Of a stretch of 64,000 bases of DNA, positions 54,088 to 62,263 are shown in pieces. The notes beneath the pieces are model-generated. The model was given only the letters and a program-made list of their open reading frames with translations. It searched no databases and was not told the DNA's origin. The position numbers and the translations under genes are program-made. The DNA is from a virus, in the IMG/VR virus record IMGVR_UViG_3300042305_002284, positions 60,361 to 124,360 of that record. One strand, 5' to 3'. Within the stretch, counting starts at the first letter, position 1, and every line of letters starts with the position of its first letter.

Positions 54088-56922
54088 ATGAGTGGAGCAA
54101 ATAAGTATCGTTTCGTTTCCCCCGGAATTCAAATAAAAGAGATAGATCGTTCACAGGTAAACAACCTGAATGACGCAGTAGGACCGGTCCTGATCGGTCG
54201 TGCTCGTCGTGGTCCCGGTATGGTTCCAGTGAAAGTTCGTTCATACGAAGAGTTTGTTCAAATATTCGGTGAACCAGTTCGCGGTTCAACTGATGGTGAT
54301 ATCTGGCGTGAAGGAAACCTAACCGCTCCATCATATGCTACATGGGCTGCAAAAGCATATTTAGCAAATTCAAGTCCACTAACATTCGTTCGCCTAATGG
54401 GTTCAAAACACCCAGAAGCACTTTCTACTGGTGCCGGTGCGCCAGGCTGGAAAACAGCGCAAACTATATCAACAACTACCTCCACCAATGGTGGCGCTTA
54501 TGGTTTATTCGTAATACCATCAGGTTCCACAAGTGTTACTGGTACTCTTGCTGCTATATTTTATGTAGAATCGGGTGTTGCCCTCACACTTGCAGGCCAA
54601 AATCCTGCGGGCACTGTAACAACTGGTTCAGCTACTCTTGTAAGAACTCAAGGAAATAATTTTGAGTTTAGAATGAAAGTTCTAACTGGTTCAAGCGTAA
54701 ATGATACAGCACTGATTGATACTTCATTCAACTTTGATAAAAATTCAGATAAATATATCCGCAAAGTATTCAATACAAATCCAACACTTGTAAATTCTGC
54801 TATAACTTCAACCGAAAATCTTGAAAGATTTTGGCTTGGAGAAACATTTACTGACTTCCTAACCGATACAGTAACAACTTCTACATCATTTGGTTTTATT
54901 GCTGGTCTTAGCAGCGCAACCGCTGATTTATCAAATTTTCAAATAGCAGCGCAGCCAGCAAGAACTGGTTGGGTTTTAGCACAAGATTTGAGCACAGTTA
55001 CCGGTTCTTATAGCCCGCAAAACATGAATAGGTTGTTCCGATTTGTTGCTCTTGGTGGTGAGGGTTCTGGTGATTGGAATCAACGTTCTCTAAAAGTTGC
55101 TATCAAAGATATCAAATATTCACCAACGCCATTTGAAAAGTTTGGTTCGTTCACTGTTGAAATCAGATCAACTGCCGATTCAGATGCACAGCCTTCAGTA
55201 CTTGAAGTGTTTACAAATTGTAATCTAAATCCAAACTCAGAAAACTATATTGCAAGAAGAATAGGCAACAAATATCTTGAATGGACCGATGATCTTGCAA
55301 CGGGCGAGAAGAGACATAGAGTATTTGGAGATTATGACAATGTTTCAAAACTTGTTCGTGTTGAAATGAATTCACTTGTTGATGAAGGCGGAATAAGCGC
55401 CGAATCATTACCATTCGGTTTCCTTGGTCCAGTAAAATACAAAACTGCTAGTTTTACAAGCGGTTCTGCAATAACTGGAACAGATCTGATCAAAGCAGTA
55501 GGCAGAATACCTCTTGCGCCATCAGGAACAAACGACACAATAAACGTTGTTGGTATTACCGGTCTAACTGCTTCAATTGTTTTCCCAGAACTAAGAATGC
55601 GCGTATCTAGTTCTGATGCTGGTGTTCTAAATGATCGTGATACATATTTCGGTGTTGTAAGCAATATTGGAACTCGTGCTCAACTAAATGAAGAATATAT
55701 TGATCTTGTTAGAGTAAAACCATCAAATCTTGATACATTTGTTCCAACAAGCTCTCTAACTGAATTCTCAACTATCTTTACTCTTGATGATGTAAATGAA
55801 GTGTCTGGCTCAACAGGTAGATATTTCTGGAGAAGTGGTAGTCGTGTGGCAGGTTCCTCAATGACTGCAGCAGGTGCTTCATATAGAGCCATTCTTGACA
55901 AGGGCGTTGATAAATTTGTTATGCCAATGTTTGGTGGTTTTGATGGACTAAATGTAGAAGAAAAAGATTCTTTTGCTAATCGCGTCCTGGCTGTATCTTC
56001 AAATCCAGTAGCAAATTACGCACAATATAGTTTACAAAAATCACTTGATATGGTTAGCGATCCAGAAGTTGTAGAAATGAATCTTCTAACCGTTCCAGGT
56101 GTAACTAATACAACTGTAACAAATAAAGTTCTTGAAGTTGCTAAAACAAGAAACGATACTCTTGCAATAATAGATATTGAAGGTGGTTATATACCAACAA
56201 CTGAAAATGTCAATGCTGAAAGAAGCCGTCTTGGCAATGTAAATACTGCAGTAGCTAGTATCAAATCAAGATCGCTAAATAATAACTTTGGTTGTGCTTA
56301 TTATCCTTGGGTATCAATTGATGCAGGTGGTATACCATTGTGGGTTCCACCAAGTGTTGTAGCGCTTGGTACAATGGCATCATCGCAAGAAGCCACTGCA
56401 GTTTGGTTTGCTCCAGCCGGTTTCAATCGTGGTGGTCTAAGCAATGGCTCATCAGGTCTAAATGTTCTTGATGTTCGCGAAAGACTAAGTCTGAAACAGC
56501 GCGATGCTCTGTATGAAGTAAATGTAAATCCGATTGCTTCATTCCCAAGCGAAGGTATTGTAATATTCGGTCAAAAGACTCTACAAGCAACTCCTTCAGC
56601 ACTTGACCGCATCAATGTTCGTCGTCTTGCTATCTATCTCAAAGACAGAATCGGCAAGATCTCTCGCGGCATATTGTTTGATCCAAACCTACAAGTTACT
56701 TGGGATCGCTTCCTTGCGCAAGTTAATCCACTTCTTGCTGATACAAAAGCTCGTTTTGGTCTAAGTGATTACAAGGTTGTTCTTGATAACACAACCACTA
56801 CACCAGATCTCGTTGACCGCAATATAATGTATGCCAAAGTTTATATCAAACCAGCGCGTGCAATTGAATTTATCGCAATAGACTTCATCATCACAAACAC
56901 TGGTGCAAGTTTTGACGAGTGA
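54088..56922 (+). CDS. gp18: Tail sheath protein (T4 gp18-like)
   Basis: FVSPGIQIKEID, AYYPW, WFAPAGFNRG, RDALYEVNVNPI, GQKTLQ, SALDRINVRRL, KPARAIEFI. Confidence 0.95.
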   Translation: MSGANKYRFVSPGIQIKEIDRSQVNNLNDAVGPVLIGRARRGPGMVPVKVRSYEEFVQIFGEPVRGSTDGDIWREGNLTAPSYATWAAKAYLANSSPLTFVRLMGSKHPEALSTGAGAPGWKTAQTISTTTSTNGGAYGLFVIPSGSTSVTGTLAAIFYVESGVALTLAGQNPAGTVTTGSATLVRTQGNNFEFRMKVLTGSSVNDTALIDTSFNFDKNSDKYIRKVFNTNPTLVNSAITSTENLERFWLGETFTDFLTDTVTTSTSFGFIAGLSSATADLSNFQIAAQPARTGWVLAQDLSTVTGSYSPQNMNRLFRFVALGGEGSGDWNQRSLKVAIKDIKYSPTPFEKFGSFTVEIRSTADSDAQPSVLEVFTNCNLNPNSENYIARRIGNKYLEWTDDLATGEKRHRVFGDYDNVSKLVRVEMNSLVDEGGISAESLPFGFLGPVKYKTASFTSGSAITGTDLIKAVGRIPLAPSGTNDTINVVGITGLTASIVFPELRMRVSSSDAGVLNDRDTYFGVVSNIGTRAQLNEEYIDLVRVKPSNLDTFVPTSSLTEFSTIFTLDDVNEVSGSTGRYFWRSGSRVAGSSMTAAGASYRAILDKGVDKFVMPMFGGFDGLNVEEKDSFANRVLAVSSNPVANYAQYSLQKSLDMVSDPEVVEMNLLTVPGVTNTTVTNKVLEVAKTRNDTLAIIDIEGGYIPTTENVNAERSRLGNVNTAVASIKSRSLNNNFGCAYYPWVSIDAGGIPLWVPPSVVALGTMASSQEATAVWFAPAGFNRGGLSNGSSGLNVLDVRERLSLKQRDALYEVNVNPIASFPSEGIVIFGQKTLQATPSALDRINVRRLAIYLKDRIGKISRGILFDPNLQVTWDRFLAQVNPLLADTKARFGLSDYKVVLDNTTTTPDLVDRNIMYAKVYIKPARAIEFIAIDFIITNTGASFDE

Positions 56923-56960
56923 TATATATACTAATATAACTTATAAAAGAGGATTTATAA

Positions 56961-57560
56961 ATGGCTAACTTAATTTGGACAAATGCAGCACTTGAACCAA
57001 AACGAAAATTTAGATATTTAGTTACATTTACTGGTTTAGCAGATTTTCAGTTCTTGGCACAGACCTGTGATCGTCCTGGTGTAAAAGTTGCAAATACTGA
57101 ACACAAGTATTTTGATAAAACATATAATCATCCAGGCCGTGTAACTTGGGATCCAAACCCTCTTTCAATCAAACTTGTTGATATACAAAAAAAAGGTGGA
57201 AGTACCATAGATACAAATGAAAGTTTGCTAAAAGTATTAACCAAATCTGGTCTTCAATATTTTGCAGCAGATGGAGACTTTAAAACAATTGGAAAACAAG
57301 CTGCTGTTGGTGCTCTTGGAGATGTAAGCATTTTGGTTCTAAACTCATTGACATCAACTAATGAAGTTGTTGTTGAAAACGGTGGGATTGCGGAACAATG
57401 GCTTTTGAAAAATGGCTGGCTTGAAAGCGTAAAGCCAGATGGACTAGATTACGGTTCTGATGATATATTAACAGTTACTATGCAAGTTAGATACGACTGG
57501 GCGCAACTAACATCCGCAGATGGAACCGTAACGCTACCAATCAATCAAACTGAATCTTGA
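56961..57560 (+). CDS. gp19: Tail tube protein (gp19-like)
   Basis: EPKRKFRY, PGRVTW, EQWLLKNGW, LDYGSDDILTVTMQVRYDWA; follows the sheath. Confidence 0.85.
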   Translation: MANLIWTNAALEPKRKFRYLVTFTGLADFQFLAQTCDRPGVKVANTEHKYFDKTYNHPGRVTWDPNPLSIKLVDIQKKGGSTIDTNESLLKVLTKSGLQYFAADGDFKTIGKQAAVGALGDVSILVLNSLTSTNEVVVENGGIAEQWLLKNGWLESVKPDGLDYGSDDILTVTMQVRYDWAQLTSADGTVTLPINQTES

Positions 57561-57574
57561 TATAGAGGTGATAG

Positions 57575-58444
57575 ATGAATGATAGAGACAATGAACTTAG
57601 ACTGCAAATAGCAGGCGAAGATCCAGTCTCTACAAATGTAGTTGCAGGCGGCGGGCTAAAGTCAAAATTAGACTTGGCCTTTGCCGCTCCAACTCTTTTT
57701 GTAGAACTGCCATCAAAAGGCAAGTATTACAAAACAGGTAATGCTTTGCAAGGAAGAGAAACTTTAGAAATAAAGTTTATGACAGCAAAAGAAGAAGACA
57801 TTCTTACTTCAAAAGCACTTATCAAAAAGGGCATTGTCCTTGATCGTCTGCTTGAAAGTGTTATGATAGATAAATCTATAAATGTTGGTGATTTATTGGT
57901 AGGCGATAGAAATGCTCTGCTAATAGATGCCAGAATAAGTGGTTTTGGAAGCAAATATGCGACAAGTGTTGCTTGTCCTGCTTGTAATACAGTTTCAAAA
58001 CACACATTTTTACTTGATGAAAACAAAAAACTAAGTGATGGAACAATACCACAGCATCTTTGCGATAGCGTAAGGCATATTGAAGATAAAATATTTGCCA
58101 TTACACTTCCACAAACAGGCGTAACAGTGAATATTCGTCTTATGACTGGTAATGATGAGCGAGCAATAATGCAAATAGGTGAAGCAAATAAAAATGCTGC
58201 TGTTGATAACAGCAATACACAGCAACTAAAACTGCTTATTGAAAGTGCCGAAGGTGAAAGGGATAAAAATCTCATATCTCGCTTTGTTGATGTGATGCCA
58301 GTTCGCGATTCACGCTTTCTAAAAGAAGCTTATAAAGCAATAACCCCAAATGTTGATCTAACTCAGCACTTTGAATGTAAAGCCTGTGACTACAGTGCAG
58401 ACATGGAGGTTCCATTCAATTTGGAATTTTTTTGGTCTAAGTGA
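57575..58444 (+). CDS. Tail assembly chaperone / baseplate hub assembly protein (gp26-like) with two CxxC motifs
   Basis: VELPSKGKYY, MTAKEEDIL, GDRNALL..ARI, CPAC, CKAC, terminal FFW. Confidence 0.7.
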   Translation: MNDRDNELRLQIAGEDPVSTNVVAGGGLKSKLDLAFAAPTLFVELPSKGKYYKTGNALQGRETLEIKFMTAKEEDILTSKALIKKGIVLDRLLESVMIDKSINVGDLLVGDRNALLIDARISGFGSKYATSVACPACNTVSKHTFLLDENKKLSDGTIPQHLCDSVRHIEDKIFAITLPQTGVTVNIRLMTGNDERAIMQIGEANKNAAVDNSNTQQLKLLIESAEGERDKNLISRFVDVMPVRDSRFLKEAYKAITPNVDLTQHFECKACDYSADMEVPFNLEFFWSK

Positions 58445-58619
58445 TGAATACATAGAAAGTGTATATGAGATGTTTTTTGCTCTCAAATATCATGGAGGAT
58501 GGAGTTTCACAGAAGCTTACAACCTACCAATACCAATACGAGACTGGTTTGTCAAGCGTTTGGTGAAGCAGAAAAAGGAAGAAGCAGAGCAAATAGAGAA
58601 AGCATCCAGGGGTAAATAA
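58428..58619 (+). CDS. Small gp51/gpT-like chaperone segment, probably expressed by frameshift from the upstream gene
   Basis: FFGLSDEYIESVYEMFFALKYHGGWSFTEAYNLPIPIRDWFVKRL in the +1 frame; T7 run at 58427-58433; no SD before ATG 58470. Confidence 0.6.
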   Translation, partial: FFGLSDEYIESVYEMFFALKYHGGWSFTEAYNLPIPIRDWFVKRLVKQKKEEAEQIEKASRGK

Positions 58620-58628
58620 AAATAATTG

Positions 58629-58671
58629 TATCTCGCTACTAAATAATAATGTAGCGAGATATATTTTATTT
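58629..58671 (+). terminator. 11-bp hairpin tatctcgctac/gtagcgagata with T-rich tail; ACTAAATA motif at the stem top/loop
   Basis: Perfect inverted repeat 58629-58639/58651-58661 followed by tattttattt. Confidence 0.65.
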
Positions 58672-58686
58672 GGGAAACTCACATAA

Positions 58687-61164
58687 ATGGCAGAAAACGA
58701 AGATCTAACAAAACGCATAGAAGAGCTTGAAAAGCAACTATCTTCAAAAAATAATGCTGAACAAATAGATAAAATCGCTGAAGCAACTCGTCGTGCTGCC
58801 ATGAGTGCCAAAGAACTAAATGAAGCCACAAAAGCTGGTTCTAAACACTATGAAGAAATAGATAAAAATATTGAAACCATAGCAAAAAATAAAAAAACAA
58901 TAATTGACTATGAACAAATAGAAAACGAACTAAAAGAAGAAAGGCTGAATAGACTAAAAGAAGAGTTTAGAATAAACCAACAAACACTCCTTCAACTACT
59001 TGAAGAAAGAGAAGTTGTAGGTCAAAACAATGATGAATTGAATAAAAAGATAAAACACCTTGAAGAAGTAACCAGGCTTCAGGGCAAAACAATACAAGAT
59101 GCCAATAAAGAAAAAGAAATAAAAGAAAAAACTCTTTCTGTCGTAAAACAACTTGGACAAGAACTAAAAAATCAATTAGAAAATACTGAAAAACATATTA
59201 TAGAACTGAACAAACTAACCGGTGGTTATGAAGGTATGTTTGGCATGGTCAATGAGGCTTCTGCTCTTATTGCTGCAAATACCCTTGCTACAGGTATAAC
59301 AGTTGAACAAGGAAGAAAAGCATTTAGTGCGTTGGCTTCTGACTTTTTGAACTTGAAGTCATATGGTACCGATGCTGCAGCAAGCATGTCTGTTGTAGCA
59401 GCACAAATGGAAAAAGTGGGAATAAGTGGACAAATAGCATCAAAAACTTTTGATAGTCTTGTAAATGCCATGGGTAAAACACCAGTCCAAGCAGGAAAAA
59501 TACAAGAAAGTTTTGTTCAAATGGCAGTCAAAAACAAACTTGCTCTGAATTCAGTAACGCAAGCGTTTGCTGAAAATTCCAACAGATTTGTTGGCTATGG
59601 CGAACAAATGACAAAGGTTCTTGATGGTCTTGCAGAACAGTCTTTGCAAACTGGCATTGCTATTGGAAAACTTGTAGGTATAGCACAAGGCTTTGATACC
59701 TTTGAAGATGCCAGCAGAAAAGTTGGCAACCTAAATGCGCTTCTTGGTGGAGATTATTTCAATAGTATAGAGTTACTAACTGCCAGCGATGAAGAAAGAA
59801 TAAGGCTTCTAAAAGAAGGCGTTGCTGCAAGCGGTATGCAGTTTGAAAGTATGAACCGTTTTCAAAAAATGGCTATTGCGAATGCTGCTGGCATCAGTGA
59901 TCTAAATGAAGCATCAAAGTTGTTTGGACAAACTTCGTTACAGAACACCAAACAACAAGCAGAGGCAGCAGAAGTTCAAAAAACACTTGCAGAACAAGCA
60001 CAAAGTGCCAGTCTTGCCATGGATAAGCTGCGAAGTATGTTCAACGGTCTTGTTATTGCGATACAGCCTCTTACAACTGTTCTTATGATGCTGGTTGACG
60101 CTTTGTCATTTGTCGTTCAGGGATTGAATAAGATTTTTAGTTATGGAGGTGAATTTCCAAAATTTGGAGCACTTATAACTTCAACAATAGTTTTTTTGAT
60201 TTATAAATTTAGTGTTTTTGGTAAAATGATTGGCTTTGTTGGAAGCATGATAAAAGGAGGCTTGATTTCTGCTTTATCTTCTCTCGCCTCTACGGCTCCT
60301 CCTGCCGGAAAAGCAATCGGCGCCGGTTTAGAAGTGGCAGGAAGAGGAGCAAAAAGAGGAGCACTTGGTTTTCTTGCGATTGGTGCCGCAATAGCACTAA
60401 TAGGTATTGGTATAGGTGTTGCAGCACTTGGTTTTTCTAAACTTGTTCTTGCCTTCAAAGAATTGAGTGGGGAACAAGCATCAGCAGCTTTGAAATCTAT
60501 TATTGCTATAATGGTAGGTTTCACAGTGGCAGTTGTGGCATTAGCGTTTGTCGCTGCTAAGGCAAGTCTTCCTATAGGCTTGTTAGGCTTGGCACTTTTA
60601 TCTGTAGCAGCATCTGTTGCCGCAATAGGAGTTGGAATAGCACTCGCGACATCAAGTGTGGCAAAATTAGTTGAATCATTTTCTAATCTGAATAGTGAAA
60701 ACCTTGATAACTTTATTGAAATATTTTCAGATAAAAATATAAATCAAATAAACAAGTTTGCAGAAGCAATAAGCAAACTAAATAATCCTTTTTCAACTCT
60801 CAATGATAATTTGAAAAATATTGTATCTAATATGACTTCAATATTACCAAATGTGAATATGGAAGTGTCGACTGTTCCGGTATCATTATCAACTGCTGCA
60901 GCAGGTTTGCAGGCAGTCACAAATACTTCAAATTCAATAATAAATAACACAAAAAACACTTCTCAACAGGCTCTTATACCAGCTCAACAAACAACGGCAT
61001 TTGTTCCACTTGTTGTTCAAATAGATAAAAAAACCATAATGGAAGTATTGAAAGAAGATATACAAAATATTTCCAAAGGTCAAGCACTTGATGCAATAGA
61101 TGCTATTGGATTGCCGCAATCAGGTTTGTTCTCTATAAACAGAACATCAGCAGGAAATAAATGA
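58687..61164 (+). CDS. Tape measure protein (825 aa)
   Basis: N-terminal coiled coil, Ala/Gly-rich helical core, several hydrophobic segments; canonical position after tube and chaperones. Confidence 0.8.
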   Translation: MAENEDLTKRIEELEKQLSSKNNAEQIDKIAEATRRAAMSAKELNEATKAGSKHYEEIDKNIETIAKNKKTIIDYEQIENELKEERLNRLKEEFRINQQTLLQLLEEREVVGQNNDELNKKIKHLEEVTRLQGKTIQDANKEKEIKEKTLSVVKQLGQELKNQLENTEKHIIELNKLTGGYEGMFGMVNEASALIAANTLATGITVEQGRKAFSALASDFLNLKSYGTDAAASMSVVAAQMEKVGISGQIASKTFDSLVNAMGKTPVQAGKIQESFVQMAVKNKLALNSVTQAFAENSNRFVGYGEQMTKVLDGLAEQSLQTGIAIGKLVGIAQGFDTFEDASRKVGNLNALLGGDYFNSIELLTASDEERIRLLKEGVAASGMQFESMNRFQKMAIANAAGISDLNEASKLFGQTSLQNTKQQAEAAEVQKTLAEQAQSASLAMDKLRSMFNGLVIAIQPLTTVLMMLVDALSFVVQGLNKIFSYGGEFPKFGALITSTIVFLIYKFSVFGKMIGFVGSMIKGGLISALSSLASTAPPAGKAIGAGLEVAGRGAKRGALGFLAIGAAIALIGIGIGVAALGFSKLVLAFKELSGEQASAALKSIIAIMVGFTVAVVALAFVAAKASLPIGLLGLALLSVAASVAAIGVGIALATSSVAKLVESFSNLNSENLDNFIEIFSDKNINQINKFAEAISKLNNPFSTLNDNLKNIVSNMTSILPNVNMEVSTVPVSLSTAAAGLQAVTNTSNSIINNTKNTSQQALIPAQQTTAFVPLVVQIDKKTIMEVLKEDIQNISKGQALDAIDAIGLPQSGLFSINRTSAGNK

Positions 61165-61913
61165 TGACCATAAATAAACCTAATACAGAACCAAAAGCAC
61201 AAGTGACAATAACCTGTTTATCAACTGGCGCAGAAGTTCAGTTTTTTCCTTATGACTTTGAATTTGATGATATTTTTAGACCAGAATGGGGAACATACGA
61301 TGGTTTTGGCAGAATGGACCCTGTTATGACTTATAAAAGAACTTCAAGAACAGCAAATTTATCTTTCAATGTTGTTGCCGAGTCAAAAGAGGATGCTGAG
61401 AGTAATTTCAGCAATTTACAAACACTAATACAGGGATTATATCCAAAATATAAACCGCCATCATTTGGTAATGTTGGAGAATTAGAACAAAAACAAGCAC
61501 TCGCTGATGAAGCATCTTTCAGAGCAGATGCAGGTTCTGGTGCTGCTTTTAGTGCAATAACCGGGAGAGTAACCGGCGTCCAACAGTTATTTCAAGAGGC
61601 TCAAAAAATTGAAGAACAAATAATAAATGCTCGAGCACAAAATCAAGTAATAAGCGACTTTGGAATAGGAGTAATAGACCGTTCACCATTGTTCAAAATA
61701 AACTTTATGAATCTTCTAAACAATGACGAGTATGTTGTAGCAGTAACAAACTTCAAGCACAAAATGAAGTTTGATGCTGCCGATACTTCGCTTGATAGAA
61801 ACGGCAAGGCAATACCTGGTGAGTTCAATATAAACATGGCTTTTACAATACTTCATACATATATTCCAGGCAGTAACCTAAACTATGGCAAAGTATTTGT
61901 TCTAAGACGGTAA
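61161..61913 (+). CDS. Baseplate tail-tube initiator-like protein
   Basis: FRPEWGTYDGFGRMDPVMTYKRTSRTANLSF, GLYPKY, MAFTILH; tube-fold pattern after the tape measure. Confidence 0.6.
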   Translation: MMTINKPNTEPKAQVTITCLSTGAEVQFFPYDFEFDDIFRPEWGTYDGFGRMDPVMTYKRTSRTANLSFNVVAESKEDAESNFSNLQTLIQGLYPKYKPPSFGNVGELEQKQALADEASFRADAGSGAAFSAITGRVTGVQQLFQEAQKIEEQIINARAQNQVISDFGIGVIDRSPLFKINFMNLLNNDEYVVAVTNFKHKMKFDAADTSLDRNGKAIPGEFNINMAFTILHTYIPGSNLNYGKVFVLRR

Positions 61914-61918
61914 TAAAA

Positions 61919-62260
61919 ATGAGTATAAATAGATACAGCAACAGAAGAATAAAATATAACCAAAGCGAACTAATACAAAAAATATTAGATATAAAAAATA
62001 TTAACGGTATAAGACATTATGTTTCTCCTCAGTTCAAAATACCAACTTATTTAGACAGAGTAAACATAAAAACTGTTGGTGCAGTTTGGAAAAGAGGAGA
62101 TCGTCTTTCTAAATACGCAGAGAGTTATTATTTAGATCCTCAACTTTGGTGGGTTATAGCAATGTATAACAACAAACCAACAGATGCACACTTTACAATA
62201 GGTGATGTATTCTATATACCAACAGATCTAAACAATCTTTTTCAATATGCAGAAGTATAA
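61919..62260 (+). CDS. LysM-like baseplate wedge protein (gp53/gpX-like)
   Basis: WKRGDRLSKYAESYYLDPQLWWVIAMYN...IGDVFYIP. Confidence 0.75.
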   Translation: MSINRYSNRRIKYNQSELIQKILDIKNINGIRHYVSPQFKIPTYLDRVNIKTVGAVWKRGDRLSKYAESYYLDPQLWWVIAMYNNKPTDAHFTIGDVFYIPTDLNNLFQYAEV

Positions 62261-62263
62261 TAT

